DNA from: Spirulina sp.
Lineage (GTDB): Bacteria > Cyanobacteriota > Cyanobacteriia > Phormidesmidales > Phormidesmidaceae
Reading direction: 5' to 3'
DNA length: 64,000 nt
Assembly (NCBI GenBank): GCA_044070495.1
Contig: JBIPSI010000002.1
Coordinates: 96,001-160,000 of the forward strand
The position numbers were made by a program, and so were the translations under genes. Of this stretch, positions 9,461 through 20,397 are shown piece after piece; the stretch's first letter is position 1; each line of letters starts with the position of its first letter. The notes under the pieces were generated by a model. It saw nothing but the letters and a program-made list of their open reading frames with translations, was not told where the DNA came from and searched no databases.

Positions 9461-12211
9461 CTAGGACTTGGAGGATGGCAGGGGATATTTAGCCATTTCG
9501 CTGGGGGTGCTACTGCTCAGAACCATCTCCTTGGTAAAGTAGCCCAGGCCTTGGATCAACCGCGCCACACAGCCGGTCCATCCAGTTTGGTGGCTGGCCC
9601 CAATGCCAGAACCATCATCGCCATTGAAGTATTCGTAGAACAGAATCAAGTCCTGCCAGTGGGGATCGGTTTGGAATTTTTCGCACGGGCCATAGACCGG
9701 ACGCCGACCGTTTTCATCCTTGAGGAAAATCCCCACAATGCGGTCACTGAGGCACTGGGCTACATCGAAGAGATCCTTTTGTTCCCCGGATCCCGTGGGA
9801 TATTCCACAGTGAAATCGTCGCCGTAGTAGCTGTAGAGTTGCAGCAAGGCCCGCACCAGCAACAGGTTCATGGGCATCCACACCGGGCCACGCCAGTTGG
9901 AGTTGCCGCCAAACATACCGGAGGTGGAATCGCCGGGGACATAGCCCACCTTGTATTCCTGGCCGCCATGGTAGAAGACGTAGGGGTGGTCGAGGTGGTA
10001 GCGGGAGAGGGAACGAATGCCGTGGGGGCTGAGGAATTCGCTTTCGTCCAGCATCCGCGACAGCACCCGTTTGAGCTTGTCCTCGTTCAGCACCGAGAGC
10101 ATGTAGCGATCCCGCACGCCCAGTTGGGTGGTGAGGTGGATGTTGTGGGTGAGTTCCGGGTGTTTGCCAAGGAATTCAGTAATTTCCTTGGCCAGCCTAG
10201 GCAATTTCTGAAGCACGTCGCGATGGAACACCGCCACCGCCATCACCGACAGTAGCCCCACCAGCGACCGCACCTTTAGTCGGGTGGAGGTGCCATCGGG
10301 CAGACGCAGCACGTCGTAGAAGAAGCCGTCCTCCTCATCCCACAGTTCATCGTTGTGTTCGCCGATGCGATCCATGGCCCCGGCAATCCACATGGTGTGC
10401 TGGAAGAATTTGAGGGCAAAGTCTTCGTAGAGGGAATCGTGCAGGGCCAGTTCGATGGCAATTTGGAACATCTGCTGGCTAAAGAACACCATCCAGGCGG
10501 TGCCATCGGCCTGTTCTAGGTGGCCCCCGGTGGGTAGGGGCGAACTGCGGTCAAACACGCCGATGTTATCCAGCCCTAGGAAGCCCCCCTGAAACAGGTT
10601 GTTGCCGCCCTCGTCCTTGCGGTTGACCCACCAGGTGAAGTTAATCAGCAGTTTCGAGAAGGCATATTTAAGGAACTCAATGTCCCCTTGGCCCTCGTTA
10701 GAGAGGCGATCACGGGTGTAGATTTCCCAGGTGGCCCAGGCATGGACGGGCGGGTTGACATCGCCAAAGTTCCACTCATAGGCAGGAATTTGGCCGTTGG
10801 GGTGAAGGTAATCTTCCCGTAGCATCAGCATCAATTGATCCTTGGCGAACCCTGGATCGATGGTGCTGATGGGGATAACGTGGAAGGCCAAATCCCAGGC
10901 GGCGTACCAGGGGTATTCCCACTTGTCGGGCATGGAAACGATGTCATCGTTTTTCATGTGGAACCAGTCGCTGTTCCGCACCCGCTTTTTGTCCGCCTGA
11001 GAACTCCAGGGGTTGACGTTGCGTTCCCGCAGCCAGGGATCCAAGTCGTAGTAGAAGTACTGCTTCGTCCACATCATCCCGGCTAGGGCTTGGCGCATCA
11101 CCATGGCCCGGTCGGCATCGGCCTGCACTGCGGGCGGTGTTACCGTCATGTAAAACTCGTCCGCCTCTTGCAGTCGCGTGGCAAAGGTTTGATCAAAATA
11201 ATCGCTAAAGGGATCGCCCACTTGGTCAGGAGCCGCCTTGGTGAGCCGCAGTTTGATCACCGTGGTTTCTCCGGCCCCAACGGTGATCTGGTAGTGGGGG
11301 GCCACCTTGGTGCCGACACAATCAGGATTTACCGCATCCTGTTGGCCGTGGACGACGTAGTTGTTGAAAGCGTCCTTGACGTAGGGGTTTTCGTTGGGCT
11401 GGCCAAAAATGCGCTCGGTGTTGGTTTCGTTGTCGGTGAACAGCAGCGTCCCCCCGGCTTGGCAATAGAAATAGTAGTCGTGGATGAAGGGCGTGAGCAC
11501 CGGATTATTCACATGGGCCTGCACCACGCCGCAGTTCAATCCAGATTGTTGGGTCATCTGCGGTTTTTCCCCGGTGTCCTCCCAAGACCAGGTATTGCGG
11601 AACCACAGAGTGGGCAGCACATGGAGCGGAGCCGCCTCTGGCCCCCGGTTGGCGACGGTGATTTGGATCATCACGTCTTCGGCGTCGGCCTTGGCATACT
11701 CCACAAACACGTCGAAGTAACGGTTTTCGTCAAAGATGCCCGTATCCAGCAGCTCATACTCCGGCTGGTAGCGATCCCGGCTGGCGTTGGTTTTCACCAG
11801 GTCTTCGTAGGGATATTCCCCCTGGGGATACTTGTACAGATACTTCATGTAGGAGTGGGTGGGGGTACTGTCTAGGTAGAAGTAGTACTCTTTCACGTCC
11901 TCGCCGTGGTTGCCCTCGCTGTTGGTGAGGCCAAAGAGGCGTTCTTTGAGGATGGGATCCTGGCCATTCCAGAGGGCCAGGGCAAAACAGAGCAGGCTAT
12001 GGTCGTCACAGATACCACCCAGGCCGTCTTCCCCCCAGCGGTAGGCACGGGATCGGGATTGGTCGTGGGGAAAGTAGTTCCAGGCATTGCCATCGGTGCT
12101 GTAATCTTCGCGCACGGTGCCCCACTGGCGTTCGCTGAGGTAAGGCCCCCATTTGTACCAGTTGGTTTCACCGTCGTAGAGCTGTTTTAGACGTAGGGAT
12201 TCCGGGGTCAT
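9461..12211 (-). CDS. MGH1-like glycoside hydrolase (GH63-related glucosidase)
   Basis: WGPYLSERQWGTVREDYS, MPDKWEYPWYAAWDLAFH, GGNSNWRGPVW and GASHQTGWTG motifs. Confidence 0.88.
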   Translation of the reverse strand: MTPESLRLKQLYDGETNWYKWGPYLSERQWGTVREDYSTDGNAWNYFPHDQSRSRAYRWGEDGLGGICDDHSLLCFALALWNGQDPILKERLFGLTNSEGNHGEDVKEYYFYLDSTPTHSYMKYLYKYPQGEYPYEDLVKTNASRDRYQPEYELLDTGIFDENRYFDVFVEYAKADAEDVMIQITVANRGPEAAPLHVLPTLWFRNTWSWEDTGEKPQMTQQSGLNCGVVQAHVNNPVLTPFIHDYYFYCQAGGTLLFTDNETNTERIFGQPNENPYVKDAFNNYVVHGQQDAVNPDCVGTKVAPHYQITVGAGETTVIKLRLTKAAPDQVGDPFSDYFDQTFATRLQEADEFYMTVTPPAVQADADRAMVMRQALAGMMWTKQYFYYDLDPWLRERNVNPWSSQADKKRVRNSDWFHMKNDDIVSMPDKWEYPWYAAWDLAFHVIPISTIDPGFAKDQLMLMLREDYLHPNGQIPAYEWNFGDVNPPVHAWATWEIYTRDRLSNEGQGDIEFLKYAFSKLLINFTWWVNRKDEGGNNLFQGGFLGLDNIGVFDRSSPLPTGGHLEQADGTAWMVFFSQQMFQIAIELALHDSLYEDFALKFFQHTMWIAGAMDRIGEHNDELWDEEDGFFYDVLRLPDGTSTRLKVRSLVGLLSVMAVAVFHRDVLQKLPRLAKEITEFLGKHPELTHNIHLTTQLGVRDRYMLSVLNEDKLKRVLSRMLDESEFLSPHGIRSLSRYHLDHPYVFYHGGQEYKVGYVPGDSTSGMFGGNSNWRGPVWMPMNLLLVRALLQLYSYYGDDFTVEYPTGSGEQKDLFDVAQCLSDRIVGIFLKDENGRRPVYGPCEKFQTDPHWQDLILFYEYFNGDDGSGIGASHQTGWTGCVARLIQGLGYFTKEMVLSSSTPSEMAKYPLPSSKS

Positions 12212-12546
12212 AGGAAAAATCCTGGGGGTAGGGGCAATGGGATCACCGACACTAAGCCCAGAGGATTTGGCCCTGGGCTGCATTGAATTGGGCTACAGCA
12301 TTTATAGAGCATCTAGCTGGGTTTTGGGTGATCCCTTCAGGATTGAAAACCGGAAAGTCGGATCTGTCCTGCCCTAGGCCAGCCCCAGGGGCATCGAGTC
12401 CTAGACCACCCATCCGGCCAAGCCCGGAAACCGCCCCCTTCCCGCCCTGGCCTAGGAGCCGAGCGACCATTAAGCTAGATAACAATAGACCGACTCTCAA
12501 CCTAGGGCAGCACCCCACCCATCGGGTATTTTTCCCCCCAGCAGCC

Positions 12547-13179
12547 ATGACCTCGTTCCCCCCTCAGCCATCATGGGCCGATGAGGACTCAGCTTCCATC
12601 CGCCCATGGCTCATTCCCCCGCCCCCCGATTCCGACCCCGTGGTTTGGGCGAATCGCTACCTAGGCTGGGTGCGCCAGCGATCCCTCCAGACGGATTGGA
12701 TCGCCATCACCAGTGCCGATGTGCACCACTTGGCGGTACTCACCGCCATTGGCCAACGCATTCACATCCTCAACCAGCGCCTAAACGATAGCCTGCTGAC
12801 CTTGCTGAACGGCCTGCGCCCAGAGGAACGACCTACGATTCAACTGGTGGCCGCCCCCATCGCCCTAAAAGTCGGGATCGATGGTTTCTGCAACCTCAAT
12901 ACCCAGCCCGTCACCCTAGTGGTAGACCCCAGTCGCATCGATCCCGTCGATTGGCCCCACCTGGTGGCCCACGAACTAGCCCATGCCATCACCCAAGGAT
13001 CGGGCCATGGTTCCCAGTTTTTTCAAGTCCTGTCCTCCCTCTGCCTCGCCCAGGATTTGCCCATTCCCCCTAGCGACAGCTTGCAGCGGGGCGTTCTACC
13101 CTACTGGCCGCCCTGCCGCCCCAATCCAGAGGCCGACCTGTTTTGGGTGGAGGGACGGTGGTCGGACAGTCTCCCCTAA
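12547..13179 (+). CDS. Hypothetical protein with a zincin HExxH motif (SprT-like)
   Basis: HELAHAITQGSGHG followed by F. Start uncertain. Confidence 0.65.
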   Translation: MTSFPPQPSWADEDSASIRPWLIPPPPDSDPVVWANRYLGWVRQRSLQTDWIAITSADVHHLAVLTAIGQRIHILNQRLNDSLLTLLNGLRPEERPTIQLVAAPIALKVGIDGFCNLNTQPVTLVVDPSRIDPVDWPHLVAHELAHAITQGSGHGSQFFQVLSSLCLAQDLPIPPSDSLQRGVLPYWPPCRPNPEADLFWVEGRWSDSLP

Positions 13180-13270
13180 GCCCTAGTTCTCTCGGAAGAC
13201 GGCATCCCAGGCTGGTCGTTGGGTGGGACAATAGCCATGACCCTATCGGCCTAAGGAATCAATCACGGCT

Positions 13271-13828
13271 ATGAAACGTCTATTTGCCATCCTCGGACTT
13301 GTTGCCATGCTGTGGTGGATGGGAGCGAGCCCCGCCGCCGCTGCCATTCCAGAGGATGTTCAAAAACTGCTAGAAACCAACGAATGCCCCGTCTGCATTC
13401 TCAATGAGGCCAACCTAGAAGGGGCCAACCTGGCCAACGCCAACCTCAAAATTGCCGTCTTGGTTAAGGCCAACCTCGTCAATGCCGACTTACAGGATGC
13501 CAACCTGATGCTGAGCGACATGGAAGCCGCCAACCTCACGGGCGCAAACCTCGCCAATGCCCGCATGAACGGGGCCAATCTGCTCCGCACCACCTTGGCC
13601 GGAGCCGACTTGTCTGGAGCGGAAATGACCCAGGCCAACCTCGAAGACGCTGACCTATCGGGGGCCAACCTCTCCAATGCCATCATGCTGAGCGTCACCC
13701 TAGGATCCGCCAACATGAAAAACGCCAACCTCACGGGGGCCAATCTGCGCGGCGTTAACCGCAGCATGGTGCTGTTCTGCAACACCACTATGCCCGATGG
13801 AGCCATCGAAAATCGCGACTGCGGCTGA
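13271..13828 (+). CDS. Secreted or lumenal pentapeptide repeat protein
   Basis: N-terminal signal peptide, CPVC, many A(N/D)Lxx repeats, FCNTTMPDG tail. Confidence 0.92.
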   Translation: MKRLFAILGLVAMLWWMGASPAAAAIPEDVQKLLETNECPVCILNEANLEGANLANANLKIAVLVKANLVNADLQDANLMLSDMEAANLTGANLANARMNGANLLRTTLAGADLSGAEMTQANLEDADLSGANLSNAIMLSVTLGSANMKNANLTGANLRGVNRSMVLFCNTTMPDGAIENRDCG

Positions 13829-13946
13829 TGGATAGGCCTTGGGGTCGCCCAATCCAGAAGACACAACGGAATGGCCTCTAGACCAAGCCCTGGGCCATTT
13901 CCGTGCCTCCCGCTTTGTCGTCGTGAGTTAATGAGTCAGATGACCG

Positions 13947-14576
13947 TCAGTTCACGGATTTTGGATCTTGACCGTAGGCTTGCCAAGCTAAGTCAACCAA
14001 CCCGTTGACAATGGCGGCGGCCACCACGGCGCTACCCTTACGGCCATCAATGCGAACGTGGGGAATCATCGTGTCTTGTAGGCGATCCTTCAATACTGCC
14101 GTGTCGAGGAAACCCGCTGGTGTGCCCACCACCAAGGCCGGACGGACCTTCTGGGTCTCAATCAGATCCACCAGCGTAGCCAGCGCCACTTCCGAAGACC
14201 CCACCACAAAAATCGCCTCTGGATAACGGAGCGCCAGGGTTTCAATCCCCCATGCCGCCTGACTTTTACCCTTTTGGGGACGGGTCAGGGCATCCATGCT
14301 GCAATAGACTGGGTTAGCAAAGGTGGCCTGGATAGCAGGGGTGATGCCCACCTGCACCATGGGCACGTCTACCACGATGGTGGTACGGGCCGCTAGGGCC
14401 GCCGCCCCCGATTGCAGCGCTTGGTCAGAAAAACGAATATGGGCCGCATAATCAAAATCCGCTGTGGTATAGATGACCCGACGCACAATTTCATACTCCG
14501 CCGGGGAAAAGCCATGATCGCCAATTTCGTTGTCAATCACTCGCAGGCTTTGGGCGTCGGTCACATGCCATTCCAT
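13947..14576 (-). CDS. cobH: Precorrin-8X methylmutase
   Basis: RRVIYTTADF, VVGTPAGF and GRKGSAVVAAAIVNGL motifs. Confidence 0.85.
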   Translation of the reverse strand: MEWHVTDAQSLRVIDNEIGDHGFSPAEYEIVRRVIYTTADFDYAAHIRFSDQALQSGAAALAARTTIVVDVPMVQVGITPAIQATFANPVYCSMDALTRPQKGKSQAAWGIETLALRYPEAIFVVGSSEVALATLVDLIETQKVRPALVVGTPAGFLDTAVLKDRLQDTMIPHVRIDGRKGSAVVAAAIVNGLVDLAWQAYGQDPKSVN

Positions 14577-14671
14577 GAATCTGTCCAGACTGCATAAATT
14601 CTGTAGCTACCATAGCTCACTTTAGGTCGCAGAAAACCCACAATTTTTCCCCTGAAATGTTCATAGCCAAC

Positions 14672-14700
14672 AAAAAAAGTCGCCCCTGTCGGAACGACCT
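14672..14700 (-). terminator. Probable intrinsic terminator of sigA
   Basis: Minus strand AGGTCGTTCC-GACA-GGGGCGAC followed by T7. Confidence 0.65.
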
Positions 14701-14765
14701 CTCTATGGATAACGGCTATGGATAACGGCTATGGATGCACCGATATCATGCTCCGACAAAGCAAT

Positions 14766-15935
14766 CTAGCGGATGTATTCCTTTAGAATGCTGTTGCGGT
14801 TGGGGTGACGCAGCTTACGCAAGGCCTTCGCTTCAATTTGGCGAATGCGCTCACGGGTAACGTTGAAGATCTGGCCGATTTCCTCCAGGGTCTTCATGCG
14901 GCCATCGTCAAGGCCGTAGCGCAGGCGGAGGACATCCCGTTCGCGGGGGCTGAGGGTACCCAACACGCTTTCTAGGTCTTCGCGCAGCAGGCTCTTAGAC
15001 ACCTGATCCTCTGGGGTTTCACCATCGGACTCGATGAAGTCGCCTAGGCGAGAATCCTCTTCTTTACCAATGGGAGTCTCTAGGGAGATGGGAAGCTGGG
15101 CCGACTTGGCAATAAAGCGCAGCTTCTCGATGGTCATCTCCATGCGAGTGGCAATCTCTTCCTCGGTGGGCTTGCGGCCTAGTTCTTGGGAGAGCAGTTT
15201 CGTGGTCTTCTTAATGCGCGAGATGGTTTCATAGAGGTGAACGGGCAGGCGAATGGTGCGGGATTGGTCGGCAATGGCCCGCGTAATGGCCTGACGAATC
15301 CACCAAGTGGCGTAGGTCGAGAACTTGTAGCCCTTTTCGTGGTCAAATTTCTCGGCGGCCCGAATCAAGCCTAGGCTGCCCTCTTGGATCAAATCTTGGA
15401 AGGACAGTCCTCGGTTCATATACTTCTTGGCGATGGATACCACCAGTCGCAGGTTGGACTGCACCATCTTATCCTTGGCCCGTCGTCCAACGTGAACCCG
15501 GTGGCGGAAGGCTCCAACGGTAAAGGTGGTTCCCTCCTCCTGCATCACCGCTGCGGCCCACTGTTCCCACTCTTCAGCGGTCAGTTCTTGGCTCAACCCT
15601 TGGAGGTCGTGCTCTAGGTTGTCGGACAGATCATCAAAAATGCGCTCTAGCTTCAGCAGGTCGGCAATCTTACGGGCTAGCTCAATTTCTTCCTCAGCCC
15701 GCAGGAGGCGAATACGGCCAATTTCCTGGAGGTAGAGACGGATAGAATCTTCAGTGTAGTGACGTTTTTTAGCCGAGGGCCGACGGCGGGTGGCTTTCCC
15801 CTTGGCTCCCTTAGCGGTAGAGTCTGCCTCATCATCGGTAGCAACGTCGTTCTCGTCATCATCGACATCGTCAACGAGTAGGTCGATCTCACTATCGGCT
15901 TCGATGGTGTCGAGCAGCTGGTTTGCTTGGGTCAT
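14766..15935 (-). CDS. sigA: Group 1 RNA polymerase sigma factor
   Basis: [40 protein letters not shown] and the C-terminus [14 protein letters not shown] typical of cyanobacterial SigA. Confidence 0.96.
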   Translation of the reverse strand: MTQANQLLDTIEADSEIDLLVDDVDDDENDVATDDEADSTAKGAKGKATRRRPSAKKRHYTEDSIRLYLQEIGRIRLLRAEEEIELARKIADLLKLERIFDDLSDNLEHDLQGLSQELTAEEWEQWAAAVMQEEGTTFTVGAFRHRVHVGRRAKDKMVQSNLRLVVSIAKKYMNRGLSFQDLIQEGSLGLIRAAEKFDHEKGYKFSTYATWWIRQAITRAIADQSRTIRLPVHLYETISRIKKTTKLLSQELGRKPTEEEIATRMEMTIEKLRFIAKSAQLPISLETPIGKEEDSRLGDFIESDGETPEDQVSKSLLREDLESVLGTLSPRERDVLRLRYGLDDGRMKTLEEIGQIFNVTRERIRQIEAKALRKLRHPNRNSILKEYIR

Positions 15936-16260
15936 ACCGCGATCCTCGTGCTCCTTCAATTCAAGACAAAGGTTTGTTCAGACTAACAGTTCAGACCCTT
16001 GAATGCCCATCCCGCCCAGAAAGATCCTGAAGGGAGGGGAATTGGGGCTGCTGAACCTGATATAGACACACCCGAAAACGGGAGGCCATCGGTGTACACC
16101 TAGCTCAATACAACCCTCTTTCTATCGAAGGTATTGAAGTATTCAGCGTGTGGCTTACTAATTCTAACCGTAAAGTTTCTGGGCTGCACAGGTTGTCAGT
16201 GAGTTGCGTCACGTAATCCGCTAAATCACTGAAAGAAATCACGTTGGCGGTAGATATATC

Positions 16261-16386
16261 CTGGGTTCTGGCAAGTTTTGTTAGAACCCAGATTTGAAAA
16301 AGGGTCAGAAGACCTGACCCCTACATAGTCCCAACATGGTGGGGCGTGGAAACCATGCCCGGTAGACAATCCTGGGTTAGGCAACG
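16261..16386. repeat. MITE-like dispersed repeat, family A, degenerate copy 2
   Basis: AGGGTCAGAAGACCTGACCCCTAC core and flanks align with 23130-23258. Confidence 0.6.
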
Positions 16387-16438
16387 ATTAGGCATCCCTC
16401 ACCGAGCCAAGAACTGCCCTACCCCACATCTTGCGAGG

Positions 16439-17377
16439 TCATCCTTCCTGCTGCATTTCGGCGTAGGCGGCGTAGACCCCTTGGACGTTGTACCAGTTGA
16501 GAAAGACCCTGGCCACCTCTAGGGCCAGTTGAGGTTTCCCTTGGGCAATCAGCCAGCGCAGGAGAGGGGCCAAGGTATTTTCGTTGAGCCTGCCACCCAA
16601 GGAGAGCACGCCCCACAGAATCCGGTGCAGCCCGGTCATTTGGATCATCATCCGCACTTCGCGGGTGGGGTGTTTTTGGTAGAACAGCACCCCCATGCGG
16701 CCCCGCTGAATTTCCTTGTCGATCAGCGAAGGTACGTCCTCTAGGGAAAAGGGCGGGTGCCAGTGATAGCCCACGGCTTCCGGTACTTTAATGAGGGAGA
16801 GGCCCAAATTTTTCAGCCGCACCCCCAGTTCCAGGTCTTCCCAACCGTAGAGGGTGAACTGGGTATCAAACAGGCCCGCCTCCATCAGCCAGCGCTTGGC
16901 AATGGCGACGTTGCCCGTGGCAAAAAAAGCCTGGGAATAGTCGGTAATTTTGTAGGGTTCGCTGGTGGGGTGCTCAAAGTTCGCGGTGTTGACCACCCGC
17001 CCGTAGGTAAAAAAGTGGTCGTGTCCAGCCTTGATTCGGGCCGCTTGCAGGGCGGCGGCATGGGACTGCAAAAAAGTGTCTAGCACCACCAGGTCACTGT
17101 CGATGAAGATAATCATGTCCCCCTGGGCTGCTTCCACGCCTAGGTTGCGGGCAGCGGCGGGGCCTTGGTGGTCTTGCTCATGCAGCACCACGTGGGGCAG
17201 TTCGGCCTGGTGGTGTTGCAGCCAGTCCACGGTGCCATCGGTGGAACCATCGTCTACCACCACCACCTCGTAGCCTGTCACCAAGGCATCATCGTAGATT
17301 TGCTGCTCCAGCGCCCGCAGACATTTTTCCAAAATCGGCAGGCGGTTATAGGTGGGAATCACAACGCTGAAAAACAC
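16439..17377 (-). CDS. Glycosyltransferase family 2
   Basis: SVVIPTYNR, VVDDGSTD, FIDSD and GWEDLELG motifs. Confidence 0.92.
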   Translation of the reverse strand: MFFSVVIPTYNRLPILEKCLRALEQQIYDDALVTGYEVVVVDDGSTDGTVDWLQHHQAELPHVVLHEQDHQGPAAARNLGVEAAQGDMIIFIDSDLVVLDTFLQSHAAALQAARIKAGHDHFFTYGRVVNTANFEHPTSEPYKITDYSQAFFATGNVAIAKRWLMEAGLFDTQFTLYGWEDLELGVRLKNLGLSLIKVPEAVGYHWHPPFSLEDVPSLIDKEIQRGRMGVLFYQKHPTREVRMMIQMTGLHRILWGVLSLGGRLNENTLAPLLRWLIAQGKPQLALEVARVFLNWYNVQGVYAAYAEMQQEG

Positions 17378-17452
17378 AAGTCCCCTCCATACGGCTTCCC
17401 TATCCTAGCCCCTTCGTTACCGATCCCTAAGGTGAGTATGCCGAACCCAGGG

Positions 17453-17619
17453 CTACCGCTTATACCTAAGTCTCTATTCTCTGCTTAGTTCCTAGGTTTG
17501 ATCCCCCCTAGCCCCCCTTATCAAGGGGGGAAATGGATTCAAAGCTCCGCTTAGGAAGGGGGATTTAGGGGGATCCCCCAGGTATGACGGCATAAGAACA
17601 AGATGTGTATAAGCCGTAG
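17453..17619. mobile_element. MITE-like element, family B, containing a common cyanobacterial C/G-run palindromic repeat
   Basis: 13-bp terminal inverted repeats CTACCGCTTATAC / GTATAAGCCGTAG (one mismatch) enclose ATCCCCCCTAGCCCCCCTT...AAGGGGGATTTAGGGGGAT. Confidence 0.7.
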
Positions 17620-17660
17620 TAGGGACCTAAAGGGCATACCGACAGTGGTGTCCCAACCGC

Positions 17661-17690
17661 AAAAAACGCCGGAGAAAGGCTCCCCAGCGC
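17661..17690 (-). terminator. Probable intrinsic terminator downstream of the DUF4327 gene
   Basis: Minus strand hairpin GCGCTGGGGAG-CCTTTCTCCGGCG followed by a T tract. Confidence 0.55.
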
Positions 17691-17805
17691 TTAGTTAGTC
17701 AGTTGGTAGGGTGCACTAGGTCTAGCCGTAAAGCATCAAAACCTTGTCAGGCATGGATTACGCTCCGCTAAGCCATCCTACGACGGGCTGGATGGGCGAT
17801 GAAAA

Positions 17806-18045
17806 CTAATCTTCTTCCCAGGTTTGTACGGCTAGCAGGTCGGCGATGGGATCTTGGGTGGAAAAGTCGAACTCTTCCAGTTCTTTCTTCCAGTGTGCCC
17901 AGTCATCGCCAAATAGGAGGGCGATTTTCCAAATAGGATCGCTGGGTTTAACCATCTTGGACTTTTTCACCAAGGACGCGACTTGCCGCTGAAATTTCAC
18001 CATGGGATGGTGGACGACAGCTACGTCGGCAGTTAGTTCAACCAT
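17806..18045 (-). CDS. DUF4327 family protein
   Basis: HPMVKFQRQV...IWKI..LFGDDW...ELEEFDF...DLL...WEED pattern of this cyanobacterial family. Confidence 0.8.
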   Translation of the reverse strand: MVELTADVAVVHHPMVKFQRQVASLVKKSKMVKPSDPIWKIALLFGDDWAHWKKELEEFDFSTQDPIADLLAVQTWEED

Positions 18046-18517
18046 ATTTTCTGTTAAAAAAGTTCTTCGATATTGCGGTGGAAAGGTTAGCTCGCACAGA
18101 CTTGAAACTTGCGCTAAAGCTAACTTTGCACTTTCAGGAGGTCAGGATAACACAAGACTACGGAAAACAGTCAAACATTGATTAGAATGACAAAAACTTT
18201 CCGGCAGTAGAGCTACCCTGCTTTGGGGGCGAAAACGGCGAACTAGGCCGTTCACCCGTGGCTCCACCCACACTGTACTCACTAAAGTTACCTTTTGCCT
18301 AGGGGGCCGCCTCTATTCTTAGGAAGCCTTTAGCTTGGGGGGATAGTTGCGTACGAGTTCACCATAGCGCATTTCAGGCTGGATGGAGACGACGGAACCG
18401 GAGGCGGGGCGCGGATATCCGTACCTCAGGGCCAAGAACATCGGGCCGGGGGCGTAATCGCTCAGCATTAATCGCTAAACTAGGTCTAGTTTTCTCTGTG
18501 TTGTTAACCGTTGAGCC

Positions 18518-20329
18518 ATGGCTTCACCCGCTCCGTCCGTTTCCGCCGATAGCCAGCCCATGGTGCTGCCCCGCACCAGCGAATCAGAGGCGCTGAAGCG
18601 GATTCGCCACACTTTTTCCCACGTCATGGCAATGGCGGTGCAACGCCTGTTTCCCAAGGCCCAGGTCACCATTGGCCCCTGGATTGACTACGGTTTTTAC
18701 TACGACTTCGACAGCCCCGAACCCTTCACCGAGGCGGATCTGAAGGCGATTAAGAAGGAGATGATTAAGATCATCAACAAAAAGTTGCCCGTCGTACAGG
18801 AAACCGTGACACGGGATGAGGCCCAGCGGCGCATCGAAGCCCTAGGGGAACCCTACAAGCTGGAAATTCTGCAAGACCTTCAGGAACCCATCACCCTCTA
18901 CCACCTGGGGGAGGAATGGTGGGATCTCTGCGCTGGGCCGCACGTCGCCACCACCGCCGACCTCAATCCCAAGGCCTTTGACCTGGAAAGCGTGGCCGGA
19001 GCCTACTGGCGGGGGGACGAAAAGCGGGCACAACTTCAGCGCATCTACGGCACCGCCTGGGAAACCCCGGAGCAACTCCAGGAATACAAACGGCGGCGGG
19101 AGGAGGCCAAACGGCGGGATCACCGCAAGCTGGGCAAGGAACTGGGCTTGTTTATCTTTGCTGATGAGGTGGGGCCAGGGCTGCCGCTATGGACACCCAA
19201 GGGCACCATCCTGCGGGAAACTTTGGAGAACTTCCTAAAACAGGAGCAGGTGAAGCGGGGCTATTTGCCTGTGGTAACGCCCCACATTGGCCGGGTGGAT
19301 CTGTTCAAAACCTCCGGCCACTGGCAGAAGTATAAGGACGACCTCTTCCCGATGATGGGCGAAAACGAGGACGAGAGCTTTGTGCTGAAGGCGATGAACT
19401 GCCCCTTCCACATCCAGCTCTACAAAGCCTCCCTGCGCTCCTACCGGGAATTGCCCCTGCGCTTGGCGGAATTTGGCACCGTCTACCGCTACGAGCAATC
19501 CGGCGAGCTGGGCGGCCTGACGCGGGTGCGGGGCTTCACCCAGGACGACGCCCACCTGTTTGTCACCCCCGACCAGTTGGACGATGAATTTCTCAAGGTG
19601 GTGGACTTGATCCAGTCCACCCTGCGGGCGCTGAAGTTGGATACGTCCTTCCGGGCACGGCTGAGCTTCCGGGATCCCGACTCCGACAAATACATCGGTT
19701 CTGAAGATGCCTGGAACAAGGCGGAAAACGCCATTCGTCGCGCCGTGGAAACTTTGGGAATGAAGCATTTTGAGGGCATTGGCGAAGCCGCCTTCTACGG
19801 CCCCAAGCTAGATTTCATCGTGCGGGATGCCCTGGATCGGGAATGGCAACTGGGCACCGTGCAGGTGGACTACAACCTACCCGAACGCTTCGACCTAGAA
19901 TACGTAGCCGAAGACGGTTCCCGCCAGCGTCCGGTGATGATCCACCGCGCCCCCTTTGGCTCCCTGGAGCGGCTGATCGGCATTTTGATTGAGGAATACG
20001 CCGGAGACTTTCCCCTTTGGCTATCCCCTGAGCAAATGCGGCTGCTGCCCGTCACCGAGGAACAAGCCAGCTTTGCCCAGGCCGTAGCGGATCAACTCCT
20101 GGCCCAAGGGGTACGGGTGATGGTGGATACCAGCGGGGATCGCCTCGGCAAAATGGTGCGCAACGCCGAAAAGGCCAAAGTGCCGATTATGGCGGTGATT
20201 GGGGCCAAGGAAGTGGAGGCCAACGCCCTCAGTATCCGCACCCGCGCCCAGGGCGAGCTGGGGTCGATCCCCGTCAGTGAGGTGCTTGAGCGCGTCACCC
20301 AGGCCATCCGCAAACGGGAAGACTTTTAG
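18518..20329 (+). CDS. thrS: Threonine--tRNA ligase
   Basis: DLCAGPH, RDHRKLG, MNCPFH, YRYEQSGELGGLTRVR and HRAPFGSLER motifs. Confidence 0.98.
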   Translation: MASPAPSVSADSQPMVLPRTSESEALKRIRHTFSHVMAMAVQRLFPKAQVTIGPWIDYGFYYDFDSPEPFTEADLKAIKKEMIKIINKKLPVVQETVTRDEAQRRIEALGEPYKLEILQDLQEPITLYHLGEEWWDLCAGPHVATTADLNPKAFDLESVAGAYWRGDEKRAQLQRIYGTAWETPEQLQEYKRRREEAKRRDHRKLGKELGLFIFADEVGPGLPLWTPKGTILRETLENFLKQEQVKRGYLPVVTPHIGRVDLFKTSGHWQKYKDDLFPMMGENEDESFVLKAMNCPFHIQLYKASLRSYRELPLRLAEFGTVYRYEQSGELGGLTRVRGFTQDDAHLFVTPDQLDDEFLKVVDLIQSTLRALKLDTSFRARLSFRDPDSDKYIGSEDAWNKAENAIRRAVETLGMKHFEGIGEAAFYGPKLDFIVRDALDREWQLGTVQVDYNLPERFDLEYVAEDGSRQRPVMIHRAPFGSLERLIGILIEEYAGDFPLWLSPEQMRLLPVTEEQASFAQAVADQLLAQGVRVMVDTSGDRLGKMVRNAEKAKVPIMAVIGAKEVEANALSIRTRAQGELGSIPVSEVLERVTQAIRKREDF

Positions 20330-20353
20330 GGTTCTTGAAGAACCCAGGGCCTG

Positions 20354-20388
20354 AAGATCCCAGGGTTCTCGAAGAACCCTGGGATCTT
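20354..20388. repeat. Perfect palindromic repeat (possible thrS terminator), with a partial copy at about 20328-20347
   Basis: AAGATCCCAGGGTTCT-CGA-AGAACCCTGGGATCTT. Confidence 0.75.
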
Positions 20389-20397
20389 TGGTTAAAG

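Noticed and set aside
9551..12190. Long antisense ORFs (also opposite thrS, clpC, groEL2 and clpB)
   Set aside because: These are expected from GC-rich codon bias opposite conserved genes and have no recognisable motifs.
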